Shown in pieces: positions 36,054-46,173 of a stretch of DNA of 64,000 nt; positions within the stretch are counted from its first letter, which is position 1; every line of letters starts with the position of its first letter. The DNA is taken from positions 17,793 through 81,792 of the forward strand of contig MFLB01000034.1 of assembly GCA_001781445.1 (NCBI GenBank). Direction: 5' to 3'. The notes beneath the pieces were generated by a model, which saw only the letters and a program-made list of their open reading frames with translations, did not search any database and was not told the origin of the DNA. Source of the DNA: Candidatus Kaiserbacteria bacterium RIFCSPHIGHO2_01_FULL_58_22 (GTDB lineage Bacteria > Patescibacteriota > Minisyncoccia > Phycocordibacterales > UBA2100). The translations under genes and the position numbers were made by a program.

Positions 36054-37330
36054 TCGGCAGGATTGAGGTATCCGGATAAGGGGGCGACCGGCATCACGGC
36101 GTTCGCGCACGCCGTCTTTTTGTTGGTCGCGTCGCCGAGCCTGATTATCTGGACGGCAGAGGCGACGTACACGCCGAAGTGGAGGTGCGGGCCGGTCGCA
36201 TAGCCGGTCGAACCGCTGTAGCCGATGAGCTGTCCCGTCCGCACGGAGTCGCCCGTACTCACGCCGGATTGCGAGAGGTGCGCGTACAGGGTGGAGAGGC
36301 CGTTGCCGTGCTTGACCATCACCCACCGGCCGTAGGAATAGCATCCGCGGACGGCGTCGGTGTTCCCTGTTCCGATGACGGTGCCCGAGAGCGCCGCCTT
36401 TATCGGCGTGCCGATGGAGGCCCGAAAGTCGATGCCGTTGTGGCCATTGCCCGCATAAGCGCCCGAGCGCGCGAATGCGGTGTTGCCGAAGTATTGCGTT
36501 ACCTTCACGTTGTCCACCGGGTAACGCAAAATCCCCTTCCCTGCAGGGGGAATGGAAGAAGGATCGATGGTGTATTGGAGCCTGCTCTGCAGATCGGCGA
36601 GGGCGGCCTCGAAGCTCGCTTTCGCCGCCTGTTTTTCGGCGAGGATAGCCTGGAAGGTCGATTCCTGCGATTTCGTCTGCGCCAGGAGGTCGTTTTGCGC
36701 CCTGCGAGTGGCGTCGAGCGAGCCCTGCTCGGCGAGGAGGTTGTTCCGCTGTTTGACGAGTTCCGCGCGCTTCTGCTCTGTCGCCGCCTTCGTCTCGGAG
36801 AGCGACTGCTTCTGGACGGAAAGCTCCGCGATGTCTTCCCGCATCGCTGATTGGAGCGAAAAGCTCGCATCCATGTCGCTCCACAGGCTCGTGAGATCTC
36901 CCGAGGAGAGCACTGCGGCGGCGAAGGTCATCCGCTCCGTCTCGTTGAGGCGCCGGAGCGTTTCCGCGAGCCCCGCTTCCTGGACGCGGATGGAGCCCTG
37001 TTTGCCTTCGATGTTCCGGGAAAGAGACTGTATCTCGAGCTGGAGCGCGCCTATCCGGTTTTTGGTCACGCTGATGGAGGCGGCGAGCTTCTTGCGCTGG
37101 ATGTCGAGCTGGGCAAGCGTGTTTTGGAGCGTCTGCTTCTTCGCGCCGACCTCCGAGAGCTGTTTCTCGTACGCCGCTATTTCCTTGTTCAGGGCCTCTA
37201 TCTGGGCGTTGTGCTCGCCGATCTCCGAGCGTATCTCGTCGGCCGTCTGGCTTTGCGCGGCAAGCGGGACGGCGGCAAGAACGAGCGCCGCAAGCGTGAG
37301 CGTGAGCGATGTCCTCAATGCAGGCGTCAT
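36044..37330 (-). CDS. M23-family metallopeptidase with N-terminal coiled-coil (EnvC-like)
   Basis: Signal peptide, long coiled-coil, and a C-terminal GNGHNGIDFRASIGTPIKA...HLHFGVY M23 motif. The ATG at 37330 overlaps the gltX stop. Confidence 0.8.
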   Translation of the reverse strand: MTPALRTSLTLTLAALVLAAVPLAAQSQTADEIRSEIGEHNAQIEALNKEIAAYEKQLSEVGAKKQTLQNTLAQLDIQRKKLAASISVTKNRIGALQLEIQSLSRNIEGKQGSIRVQEAGLAETLRRLNETERMTFAAAVLSSGDLTSLWSDMDASFSLQSAMREDIAELSVQKQSLSETKAATEQKRAELVKQRNNLLAEQGSLDATRRAQNDLLAQTKSQESTFQAILAEKQAAKASFEAALADLQSRLQYTIDPSSIPPAGKGILRYPVDNVKVTQYFGNTAFARSGAYAGNGHNGIDFRASIGTPIKAALSGTVIGTGNTDAVRGCYSYGRWVMVKHGNGLSTLYAHLSQSGVSTGDSVRTGQLIGYSGSTGYATGPHLHFGVYVASAVQIIRLGDATNKKTACANAVMPVAPLSGYLNPADYL

Positions 37331-38634
37331 GAGGCCTTCAGGAGGGCGAGCGCCGTCTGGACGCGCGAGAGCGTCTTTTCTTTTCCCAGACTGCTCGCGA
37401 TGAGAAAAGGATCGGGGCTTTTTTCCCTGCCCGAGAGGGCGTATCGGAGCGGCCACAGCACCGCTCCCCTGCCCTCCGCCGTCGCGTACCCCCATACGAT
37501 GTTCTTTATTGTATCGGGATCCGAAAAATCATCCACGGCGGCCTTCATGAACATCTCATGGAGCGTTTGCAAATGGCGCGAGGCGGATGTGGCGTCGCTT
37601 CCCTTTCCAGACACCTTGGCCGGATCGAGCTTCGGTTCGGCGGAAAAGTAGTCGAACTCCTCCGCAAGCGCGCCGAGATCGCGCCATACGCCGACGCGCT
37701 CCCGCAGGAGCGGGGCGAGTTTCGCGGCCGTGCGCTCGTCCCAGACGGGCGCGCGGCGCGTTACTTCCTTTACGAAGATGTCGTCGGGCATCTCGCGCAG
37801 GTATTCCTTATTGAGCCACTCCAGTTTCCGGGCGTCGAAGATCGCGCCGCTCTTGTGGACGGCGCCGATGTCGAATGCGGCGATCATCTCGCCGAGGGAA
37901 AATTTCTCTTTTTCCGGCGGCGTCCAGCCGAGGAGCGCGAGATAATTGACGAGCGCCTCCGGAAGATATCCCTCCCGCTTGTACTCGTTGACCGAGACGG
38001 CCCCGTGGCGTTTCGAGAGCTTGTTGCGGTCGGGCGCGAGAATGAGTGGCATGTGGGCGTAGCGCGGCCGCTCGAAGCCGAGCGCTTCCATGATGAGTAT
38101 CTGCCGCTGGGTGTTAGAGAGGTGGTCCTCGCCGCGTATGACGTGCGTTATTCCCATGTCGTGGTCGTCGGCGACGACGGCGAGGTGGTAGAGCGGGTCG
38201 TCGGCGTTGCGCGCGATGATGAAATCCTTGAGCTCTGCGGTATCGAATCCCATCTCGCCGCGGATCAGATCGGAGAACGTGACGCGCGTATTCGGATTTC
38301 TGAAGCGGATGACCTTCCCGCCCGCCAGTCCCTCCTCCGCTTCGTACGCGGCCCCCGTTTTGATGAGCGCGTGGAGGTAGACGCGGTAGTTCTCCACGCG
38401 TTCCGACTGCCGTAGCGGCGCGGCCGGTGTGAAGGGAATCCCGAGCCACGCAAGGCCCGCGAGAATGTCATCCTCATACTCTTTCTTGCTCCGTTCCTTG
38501 TCGGTGTCCTCGAACCGCAGATACATCACGCCTCCCTCTTTGGCGGCGAACACGTAGTTGAAGAGCGCCGTGCGCGCGCTCCCGATATGGAAGTAGCCGG
38601 TCGGCGACGGCGGGAATCGAGTAACAACGTGCAT
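37327..38634 (-). CDS. gltX: glutamyl-tRNA synthetase (short form)
   Basis: RFPPSPTGYFHIGSARTALFNY (HIGH motif) and the class I catalytic core. 435 aa. Confidence 0.9.
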   Translation of the reverse strand: MHVVTRFPPSPTGYFHIGSARTALFNYVFAAKEGGVMYLRFEDTDKERSKKEYEDDILAGLAWLGIPFTPAAPLRQSERVENYRVYLHALIKTGAAYEAEEGLAGGKVIRFRNPNTRVTFSDLIRGEMGFDTAELKDFIIARNADDPLYHLAVVADDHDMGITHVIRGEDHLSNTQRQILIMEALGFERPRYAHMPLILAPDRNKLSKRHGAVSVNEYKREGYLPEALVNYLALLGWTPPEKEKFSLGEMIAAFDIGAVHKSGAIFDARKLEWLNKEYLREMPDDIFVKEVTRRAPVWDERTAAKLAPLLRERVGVWRDLGALAEEFDYFSAEPKLDPAKVSGKGSDATSASRHLQTLHEMFMKAAVDDFSDPDTIKNIVWGYATAEGRGAVLWPLRYALSGREKSPDPFLIASSLGKEKTLSRVQTALALLKAS

Positions 38635-38669
38635 AGTTTGCAGTTTACAGATGACAGTTGACGGTTAAA
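38635..38669 (+). repeat. heptamer tandem repeat (AGTTTGC AGTTTAC AGATGAC AGTTGAC GGTTAAA) abutting the gltX start codon
   Basis: 7-bp periodicity. About 21/24 identical to the repeat at 55993-56020. Confidence 0.6.
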
Positions 38670-38703
38670 AGAAAGGATTCAGTTGACTGTACACTTTTTA
38701 CTG

Positions 38704-39846
38704 TCAACTACTTGCATGCTCGAGCGCTGTTTCCACGATGATACTTGCTATCTTTTGCGCCGCTTGCGGGCGGGCGAAGGCCTTCGCCGCCGCGGCCATC
38801 GAGGCGCGCAGGCTCTCGTCGCCCATGATGCGGTCTATCTCGGCGGCGAGCAGGTGCGGCGTGAGGTTTTTTTGCTCGAGGACCGCGGCGGCGCCCGCGC
38901 GCGCGTAGGAGAAGGCGTTCTCCGTCTGGTCGTGCGATATCTCGGTGGGTATCGGAATGAGTATGGACGGTATTCCCCACGAGGCGATCTCGAAAATGGT
39001 GCCGCTCCCAGCGCGGGAGACGACGAGCGAGGAGATGCCCGCCGTCATGCGGAGCGCGAGCGTGTTCAGGAGCCCGAAGCTCCGATAGCGGTCGCCGAAC
39101 CGGGAATTTTTGAGAATGACGCCCGAGATGCCGCTCACTTCCTCGAGGTTCGCGCTTCCGGTCTGATGCACGACGTTGTAGCGCTCGACGAGCGCCGGGA
39201 GCGCGTCGAGGACGACCTCGTTCATCGCGGATGCTCCCGACGAGCCTCCCATGACGAAGACGGTCGGCACGGCCGCATCGAGCGTGAGGAATTCATGCCC
39301 GCCCTCTTTCGCGGGAGCCTCTATTTCCTTGCGGATCGGGTGTCCCGTGCGCGCTATCTTTTCCAGGTACGCTTCTGGGAACTGCGTGGCGGCGTCGGGG
39401 TGCGCGAGGGCGATCCAGCGCGCGAAGCGCGCCGACCACAGCGACACGCGGCCGGGTTTCGCGTCGGCGTCGTAGATGACGACGGGAAGAGCGAGGAGGC
39501 GCGCGGCGTAAAGCGTGGGGAACGCGGCGTAGCCGCCCGTTGAGAATATGACGTCGGGATAGAGGCTGAAGAGCTGGAATATCGAACGCGCGACGCCGAG
39601 CGCGGTCTTGAAGAGGTCGAACACGTTCAGCAGGCTCGGGTATCGCCGCAGTTTTCCGGCCGGGCTCGGCCGGTATTCTATCTCGTGCTCGAGGAGCGCC
39701 GCGGGGTCGAACGGCTCGGGGCCGATGTAAAAGAGTTCCGGCTCGATCAGTTTTTTTTCTTTGGAGATATCTTCGAGCGCCTCTGCAACGGCAATGAGGG
39801 GATAAAAGTGTCCCCCGCTCCCCCCGCCTGCCAGCACGATCTTCAT
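38704..39846 (-). CDS. murG: UDP-N-acetylglucosamine--N-acetylmuramyl-(pentapeptide) pyrophosphoryl-undecaprenol N-acetylglucosamine transferase
   Basis: MKIVLAGGGSGGHFYPLIAVAEAL and the GT28 C-terminal domain. Confidence 0.9.
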   Translation of the reverse strand: MKIVLAGGGSGGHFYPLIAVAEALEDISKEKKLIEPELFYIGPEPFDPAALLEHEIEYRPSPAGKLRRYPSLLNVFDLFKTALGVARSIFQLFSLYPDVIFSTGGYAAFPTLYAARLLALPVVIYDADAKPGRVSLWSARFARWIALAHPDAATQFPEAYLEKIARTGHPIRKEIEAPAKEGGHEFLTLDAAVPTVFVMGGSSGASAMNEVVLDALPALVERYNVVHQTGSANLEEVSGISGVILKNSRFGDRYRSFGLLNTLALRMTAGISSLVVSRAGSGTIFEIASWGIPSILIPIPTEISHDQTENAFSYARAGAAAVLEQKNLTPHLLAAEIDRIMGDESLRASMAAAAKAFARPQAAQKIASIIVETALEHASS

Positions 39847-39872
39847 AATGAGAGTTTTATTTTACCATTTTG

Positions 39873-40979
39873 TCACCGCTTCGCCGCGCGGCGCGAGACC
39901 GAAAGAAGGATGCCCGCGCTCCCGAGCGCGGCGAGCATCGCGCTTCCGCCCTGGCTTATAAACGTGAGCGGGATGCCGGTGAGAGGCGCGACCCCGAGCA
40001 TCGCGCCGATATTGATGAACGCTTCGGCGGCGAGGTAGGTCGAGATGCCGATGGCAAGGAGCGCGCCGAAGTGATCCGGCGCGCGCGCGCCGATGCCAAA
40101 GCCCCGCAGGGCGAGCGCGAGGAAGAGCCCGATGAGAACCACGCCGCCGATAAAGCCGAACTCTTCGCCGAGGACGGCGAAGATGGAATCCCCCATCGGC
40201 TCCGGGAGGTACGTGAATTTCTGCACGCTCTGTCCGAAGCCCCGCCCGGCGAGCCCGCCGGAGCCGATGGCGATCAGGGATTGGCGTATCTGGTAGCCTT
40301 CCGCCTGCGGCGCGCGTGAGGGATCGAAGAAGACCTCGATGCGCTCGAGCACGTATGGGCGCGCGTAGGCGAGAACCGCGATCGCGGCGACGCTGATGCA
40401 AAGCATAACGAGAAGATCGCGGAGGCGCGCGCCCGCCGCGAAAAATATCGCGACGACCGACGCAAGTATCACGCCGAGCGTCCCGAGATCGGGCTGGGCG
40501 AGCAGTATGAGGACGGGACCGGCGAGGATAAGGAAGAGGCCGCCGAGGCCCCAGCGCAGAGTCTGCACGCGCGCGCGGATCGCCGAAAAGTAGGCGGCGG
40601 CCATGACGATCGAGGCGATCTTCAGGAATTCGGCGGGCTGTATCGAAAATCCGCTTATGGAGAGCCATCGCCGCCCTCCGCCGTGCTCGAAGCCGATCTG
40701 CGGGATGAAGACCGCCGCGGTGAGTGCGAGCGCGGAAACGAAGAGGTGCGGCGCGAAGCGCCGCCAGTAGGAATACGGTATCCTGCTCGCGACGAAGAGC
40801 GCGACGAGCCCTGCGCCGATGCCGAGTACCGCGTGGTTGAAGACGACGGACGACATGTTCGGCGCGCCGCGCGCGAGGAGTCCGAATACCGCCGAGGCGA
40901 AAATAAATCCGCCGCCTACGACGAGAATGGCGATCAAGAATGCGAGCGGTTTGTCTATGCGGGCGGAGCTTCTCGACAT
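39873..40979 (-). CDS. ftsW: FtsW/RodA/SpoVE-family peptidoglycan glycosyltransferase (cell division)
   Basis: Ten-TM SEDS protein. 368 aa. Confidence 0.85.
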   Translation of the reverse strand: MSRSSARIDKPLAFLIAILVVGGGFIFASAVFGLLARGAPNMSSVVFNHAVLGIGAGLVALFVASRIPYSYWRRFAPHLFVSALALTAAVFIPQIGFEHGGGRRWLSISGFSIQPAEFLKIASIVMAAAYFSAIRARVQTLRWGLGGLFLILAGPVLILLAQPDLGTLGVILASVVAIFFAAGARLRDLLVMLCISVAAIAVLAYARPYVLERIEVFFDPSRAPQAEGYQIRQSLIAIGSGGLAGRGFGQSVQKFTYLPEPMGDSIFAVLGEEFGFIGGVVLIGLFLALALRGFGIGARAPDHFGALLAIGISTYLAAEAFINIGAMLGVAPLTGIPLTFISQGGSAMLAALGSAGILLSVSRRAAKR

Positions 40980-40983
40980 GCGT

Positions 40984-42054
40984 TTATGCGGCCGCGAGCG
41001 CGATGATAACGCCGAGGAACGCGAAGACGACAGAAAGCACCCAGTAGCGCATCACGACCTTGTAGCCCGGCCAGCCTATCGCCTCAAGGTGGTGATGCAG
41101 GGGCGCGATGCGCAGGAGCTTCATGCCGAAATATTTTTTCGAGACGACTTGCGCGATATTGGAAGCGACGGTTGCGGCGAGGAGCGCTCCGATGACGGGC
41201 AAAACCGCTATTCCCACTCCCCCGCCGAGATCGTCTGTCATGAACGCGATGGTCGCGATGGTGAGCGTGAGCGCCATGGTGCCGGTGTCGCTCATATAGA
41301 AGCGCGCGGGCGGGATGTTGTACCAGAGGAAGGCGAGAAGGCCTCCGACGATCGCCGCGGAAAAAGCGGCGAGGTCGATCTGGTTCTGCGCGAAGGCGAT
41401 GATCGAGTATGAGGCGAACACGGAGCCGAAGATGCCGCCGGAGAGCCCGTCGATCCCGTCTATCACGCCGGAAGCGTAGAGCGCGAGCGAAACGAGGACG
41501 AAGAGCGGCGCGATGAGCCAGCCGATCTCGAGCGGCGGGCCGAACGGGATGCCGATCGCCGTTACGTCCAGTTTCGCCCAAAACCACATGCCGATGAACG
41601 ACGAGAGGAGGACGACGATGAGGAGGCGGTACGAGAGGCGCAAGCCCTCTCCGCCGGGGCGGATGACGTAGAGGTCGTCCACGAGGCCGACGAACGCGCC
41701 CACGAGCAGGGTCGCGAGAGGTATCCAAGTCTGGTTGCGGCTCAAAAAGTCGAGTTTCAGTATCGCCGCATCGGGGACGAAACGCGCGACGAGCGCGATG
41801 CCGAGTATGGTGATAAGCACGCTCCCCCAAATGACGATGCCTCCCATGCGGGGGGCCCGCACTTCGTGGCCGTTGTGCAACTGGTTGAAGCCGTGCGCCG
41901 GCGCGCCGTCGAGTGCCGTTTTCCCCGGGGTTTTTTTCCACGCCTTGTATTTATACAGATAATGCGTAAGGGCCGGCGTCAAAGCCATTCCGACGACGAA
42001 CGAAGCGAATGCCGGGGCGAGAACCCGGACGATATCGGATAAATCCTCGACCAT
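40984..42054 (-). CDS. mraY: phospho-N-acetylmuramoyl-pentapeptide transferase
   Basis: PRMGG, DD...D, VIDGIDGL and HHH motifs. Start at the internal Met (MVEDL) of ORF 40984-42123. Confidence 0.9.
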   Translation of the reverse strand: MVEDLSDIVRVLAPAFASFVVGMALTPALTHYLYKYKAWKKTPGKTALDGAPAHGFNQLHNGHEVRAPRMGGIVIWGSVLITILGIALVARFVPDAAILKLDFLSRNQTWIPLATLLVGAFVGLVDDLYVIRPGGEGLRLSYRLLIVVLLSSFIGMWFWAKLDVTAIGIPFGPPLEIGWLIAPLFVLVSLALYASGVIDGIDGLSGGIFGSVFASYSIIAFAQNQIDLAAFSAAIVGGLLAFLWYNIPPARFYMSDTGTMALTLTIATIAFMTDDLGGGVGIAVLPVIGALLAATVASNIAQVVSKKYFGMKLLRIAPLHHHLEAIGWPGYKVVMRYWVLSVVFAFLGVIIALAAA

Positions 42055-42224
42055 GGCGCCATTGTACCCGGTCAGTACAATTTGGCATAATTTAGGCCGC
42101 AGAATGGTCGCATGTATATACATAAAAAGATTTGTCCGACAGACTTATGAACAGAACGGAAGCCACAGTCAAGGCGATGCCAAATTGTCCTACCGGGTGT
42201 ACCCTACTCCCCTCCCCCTGATGC

Positions 42225-43136
42225 CTATTGGGTAAGCGCCTTTCGGGCGGCGGCGATCAGCTTCTCCATGTCCTCGAACCTGCCGTTTTCCGTCGAGCCC
42301 AAGACGACCGCGACGACGGGGTGCGCGAGACCGAGGTCGAAGACGACCCCGAGATTGCCTCCGGCAAGGTCGGTGAGCCCGGTTTTGCCCATGATAAGGC
42401 CCGGAATGCTTCCCTGCGCGCTGTTCGTATTGGAGGCGGTCGTATTCCTGTTCCCGTCGAGATCGCTCAAAAGGACGCCGCCGCGCGCCGTACCGGCGAA
42501 AAGCGAAGGCTCGGCAGAGACCGCATAGGCGAAGAGTGCGGCCATGTCGCGCGCGGAGCCGTAACTTCCGGCCTGCGTCGCAGAAAGATCGAGCCCGCTC
42601 ACATTAAGAAAATACGTGCTTGTGAGCCCGAGCTCCCGCGCGAGATCGTTCATGCGGAAGAGCGCGGCGGCGCCCGCCGGAGATTCCGGATAGCGCTCGC
42701 GGAGCGCCGGCTCCGCGGCTGACGCGAGTATGCCGGCGCCGTTGTTGGAGGACGTTATGAGTGTGAAATCGACGACGTCTTGCACGCGCCACCGCTCGCC
42801 CTTCCCGAGGTGCTCCTCCCCGGCCGAGCCTCCCGCGTAGTATGGAATGACGATTATCGAATCGGGCGGGAGCGCTTCGGCGACGACGAGGGCGAGCATG
42901 ACTTTCGTCAGCGACGCGAGCGGAAGCGCCGCATCCGGATTCTTTTCATACAGCGTCTTTCCGCTCGGTATGTCGATGACGACGGCGGCTTTTCCGGCTA
43001 TCTCGATGCCGGCGAAGGGATCGGCCGCCGGAGCCGCGGCTGTCTGGCTTTCCGAGGGGACCCTTCCCGCGAGGGCGAGTGCGCCGGAGACGATAAGGGC
43101 AAGCGCGATAAGCGCGAGTACGGAGGCTCCCGCCAT
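42225..43136 (-). CDS. D-alanyl-D-alanine carboxypeptidase (S11, PBP5/6-like)
   Basis: Signal peptide MAGASVLALIALAL and SxxK motif ASLTKVM. Start chosen at 43136 to clear the scpB stop. Confidence 0.75.
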   Translation of the reverse strand: MAGASVLALIALALIVSGALALAGRVPSESQTAAAPAADPFAGIEIAGKAAVVIDIPSGKTLYEKNPDAALPLASLTKVMLALVVAEALPPDSIIVIPYYAGGSAGEEHLGKGERWRVQDVVDFTLITSSNNGAGILASAAEPALRERYPESPAGAAALFRMNDLARELGLTSTYFLNVSGLDLSATQAGSYGSARDMAALFAYAVSAEPSLFAGTARGGVLLSDLDGNRNTTASNTNSAQGSIPGLIMGKTGLTDLAGGNLGVVFDLGLAHPVVAVVLGSTENGRFEDMEKLIAAARKALTQ

Positions 43137-43149
43137 GCGCGCTCGTTCG

Positions 43150-43725
43150 TTATGTATCGGTGCTGACTCCATTTTCAGGGCGTGGTCCGTTCGCCTGTTC
43201 GAACGCGGCGAGTTCGGCGGCGATTGTAGCATACTCGGGCAGTTCTTTCCCGTTCTTGATGCCGAGGTGCGCGAGAAGCTCGATCGCGGGGCGGTAGAGG
43301 TATTCGCGCGCGTCTTCCGGATTCTCCGTGCGTTCGAGGAGGCCGCGCGAGAGCAGGGTGCGCAGGGTCGAGGAAGTGTTGACGCCGCGGATGTAGTCTA
43401 TGCGCGCGCGCGTCGAGGGGCCCAGGTAGAGTACGATGGCGAGGACTTCGAGCCCGGCGTCGCCGATGTCGCGCTCAAGTTCGCGTTTTTGGGCCAGCCG
43501 CACGGCTTCGCTCGTCTCCTTCGAGATCGCGAGGCTTGCGGCCGTATCCGTCCGCACGAGCGCGACGCCGCTCCCCTCCAGGCGCTCCGAGAGCGCGTCG
43601 AGCGCCGCCCCGAGCTCTTCTTCTTTGCATTCGAGGAGCAAAGCGAGTTTTTTATGCGTCAGTTCCCCTCCCTCGCTGAAGAGGAAGGCATGCGCGCGCG
43701 CGGCGATGTCGTTTCGTGCCGGCAT
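43150..43725 (-). CDS. scpB: segregation and condensation protein B
   Basis: LEVLAIVLYLGPSTRARIDYIRGVNTSSTLRTLLSRGLL tandem wHTH. Start at the internal Met (43725) adjacent to the scpA stop. Confidence 0.8.
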   Translation of the reverse strand: MPARNDIAARAHAFLFSEGGELTHKKLALLLECKEEELGAALDALSERLEGSGVALVRTDTAASLAISKETSEAVRLAQKRELERDIGDAGLEVLAIVLYLGPSTRARIDYIRGVNTSSTLRTLLSRGLLERTENPEDAREYLYRPAIELLAHLGIKNGKELPEYATIAAELAAFEQANGPRPENGVSTDT

Positions 43726-43726
43726 A

Positions 43727-44446
43727 TTATCCGAATCGCGGAACGCCCGCATGCTCTGCTTCGAGGAAGATATCGGCAAAGAGCTTGTCCTGCGTCGCCG
43801 AAAGCGAGCCGGAGCGCACGAGTTCGAGCGTCGCAAGGAAGTAGACGATGGTTTCGTGCTTGTCGCGCGCGCGCGTGAGTTCCGAGAACCGGGCCTTGAA
43901 GGCGGAAGAAAGGCGGGCTTTCAGGCTCCGTATCACGTCTTCGAGCGCGAGGACCGGCGCGACGGCCGCTTTCGCGAGCGCCTCGGGCTTCGGCAGGATG
44001 CTCGCGAGCCGCCGGATTACGGCCGATAGCGCGTCTGCAGAAACCTCCGCGGGCGCAAAGACGGGCGCCCGCTCCGGCACGCGTTTCGCGAGAATGAGCG
44101 GCTCTCTCCCCCACTCCCGCCGCAGAGCGCGCGCGGCTTTGCGGATGAGAGCGTAGCGCGCAAGCCGCCGCTCGAGCTCTTGCACGCTCTCGCGCTCGTC
44201 GTCGGAAAGAGTGAGCGTGGGAAGCAGAGTGCGCGATTTTATGAGGAGGAGCGTCGAGGCGACGAGAATGAACTGCGCCGTCTCGCCGAGCGGAAGCCCC
44301 GGTAATTTTTCAACGTATGCAAGATATGCATCCGTCACCTCTGCGAGACTGACCTCCGATATCGCGAGCTTTCTATCCTCGATCAGATTCAAAAGCGCCT
44401 CCAAAGGCCCCGAAAACGCTTCAGTCTCAACCGAAAATCGCTCCAT
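43727..44446 (-). CDS. scpA: segregation and condensation protein A
   Basis: FSGPLEALLNLIEDRKLAISEVSLAEVTDAYLAY is the kleisin N-domain. 239 aa. Confidence 0.85.
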   Translation of the reverse strand: MERFSVETEAFSGPLEALLNLIEDRKLAISEVSLAEVTDAYLAYVEKLPGLPLGETAQFILVASTLLLIKSRTLLPTLTLSDDERESVQELERRLARYALIRKAARALRREWGREPLILAKRVPERAPVFAPAEVSADALSAVIRRLASILPKPEALAKAAVAPVLALEDVIRSLKARLSSAFKARFSELTRARDKHETIVYFLATLELVRSGSLSATQDKLFADIFLEAEHAGVPRFG

Positions 44447-45240
44447 AATTAGTTAATGGGGATACGTTAATGGGGTTAATGGGGATACGTCCGTTATTTT
44501 GCACAACTTTGTTGCATAATATCATTGCTGTTTCGGTCTTCCGGGCCCTCTCATGGTACCTTCCATATCATACTCCTCAATCATCCATGTGGTCCATGCG
44601 GTCGACCCATACGGCGCTCCTTTTTTAACGGAGGTGCGAATAGATTCCAGCGCTTCCTTGTTGACGGTGTTCACCAGCGAGAGGTAATCGCGGGGTAACG
44701 CAATGGGAAGCGGCGCGAGCAGTTTCTTGTCCTCGTTGTTCCCTCTCCTGCGTCGATACAGACTCGAGTAAGGCCAACGCTCCGCGCGAGTGACGAGGCG
44801 CGCGCGGAGAGGATTCTGCTCCACGTAGTGTATCACGGTGACGAGATGCTGATCTTCTTGTATCGGAAAAGACTTGTACGACCCCTGGTAGAGGTGGCCG
44901 CCGCCGACGGTTTTGGTGCGCACGCGGCGCTGTCGCACGTGCGTCGTCGTGACCCAGCGCATGAATTCGCTCATGTCTCGGTCGCGCTTTGGATGCAGAA
45001 CGAGGTGCCAATGGTTAGGCATGATGCAGTACGCAAGGATGCGCATGTCGATCAGTTCGACACCTTCTTTGAGTAGCGCCTCGAAGTGCCGATAGTCTTT
45101 TTCATCGTGGAAAATCCTTGCGCGCCCGTTCGCGCGGTTGAGCACATGATACGGCATGTTACCGACGGCAACGCGCGCTAGTCGCGGCATGAACAATACT
45201 ATGCCATGAAAAGAGGCGATATATCGGACTTATCCCCATT
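44447..45240 (-). mobile_element. IS200-like element (Y1/HUH transposase) with terminal inverted AATGGGGATA(c/a)GT motifs; left end carries three tandem TTAATGGGG(ATACG) units
   Basis: Left end 44453-44492 (ttaatggggatacg ttaatgggg ttaatggggatacgtcc). Right end ACTTATCCCCATT at 45228-45240. A second, internally deleted copy with the same ends is at 47896-48335. Confidence 0.7.
44522..45190 (-). CDS. Y1 (HUH) transposase, IS200/RAYT-like long form
   Basis: [15 protein letters not shown]...[17 protein letters not shown] (HuH) and a C-terminal WPYSSLY motif. ATG at 45190 (the track uses a TTG two codons upstream). Confidence 0.8.
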   Translation of the reverse strand: MPRLARVAVGNMPYHVLNRANGRARIFHDEKDYRHFEALLKEGVELIDMRILAYCIMPNHWHLVLHPKRDRDMSEFMRWVTTTHVRQRRVRTKTVGGGHLYQGSYKSFPIQEDQHLVTVIHYVEQNPLRARLVTRAERWPYSSLYRRRRGNNEDKKLLAPLPIALPRDYLSLVNTVNKEALESIRTSVKKGAPYGSTAWTTWMIEEYDMEGTMRGPGRPKQQ

Positions 45241-45977
45241 CTCTCGCCTGTGTGCGTATGCCCGCCAATCTTTTTCACAAAGACCGAGTCGCCCGTTTTC
45301 AAGATGCCGCCGTAGGCACGCACTATTGCCAAGCGGCCGAGGAAATTATCATAGCCGAGATTAAAGGGCTGTAATTGTGCAGGCTTGGTAAGAGCCTCCG
45401 GGCTCGATGCGGCTGGGACATGTTTTAGTATCGTTTCCAAAAGCGGTGTGAGGTCGGTGGACTCATCGGCCAATTGAATCTTGGCGATTCCCTGCCGGCC
45501 GATAGAATAGACGACTGGAAAATCTGCTTGTTCGTCGGAGGCGCCGAGCTCGAGAAAGAGTTCGAGTACCTGCTCTTCCGTGCGCGCAGGGTCGGCCGCC
45601 GGCTTATCTATCTTGTTGATGACAACGATTGGCTTGATGCCGAGCTCGAGCGACTTCTTCAAGACGAAACGCGTCTGTGGCATGGGGCCTTCCTGCGCGT
45701 CCACCACGAGCAGAACTGAATCGATGGAGCGGAGCACGCGTTCGACCTCGCTTCCGAAATCGGCGTGGCCGGGGGTGTCCACGATATTTATCTTCGTATT
45801 CTTATAGTAGACCGCCGCGTTCTTGGAATAGATGGTGATGCCGCGCTCGCGTTCGAGCGCGTTGGAATCCATCGAGACCCCCTCTTCGGCCACACCCATC
45901 TGCCGCAACAGCGCATCGGTCAAAGTAGTCTTGCCGTGGTCCACATGCGCGATAATTGCGATATTACGGATTTCCAT
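45159..45977 (-). pseudogene. typA: truncated translational GTPase TypA/BipA (N-terminal G domain + part of domain II only); 3' part replaced by the IS element
   Basis: [24 protein letters not shown]...NKIDKP is the TypA G domain. The ORF is 272 aa, against ~600 for an intact TypA. Its last ~25 codons run into the IS right end and the transposase start. Confidence 0.7.
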
Positions 45978-46173
45978 ACTGTTTAAAGCAAAGTGCCTCG
46001 TTGCCGAGGCACCGTGGCTCCATTGTGCCTTATTTCGAGGTTTGCGTCAAGAAAAATACTGTGTAGATTGCGGAGGTCAATTAGTTAGTCAGTTGGTGAA
46101 TAACGGCTCAGCGTAACAAGTTCAAGTCTTTCTCCGCGGCAGTACATTGGTGCTGCACGAGGCGCGCTCGAAA

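Noticed and set aside
34267-38415. Plus-strand ORFs (305 aa, 223 aa, 266 aa, 285 aa) opposite xerC-like, M23 and gltX genes
   Set aside because: These antisense shadows lack motifs. The minus-strand genes carry canonical recombinase, M23 and GluRS signatures.
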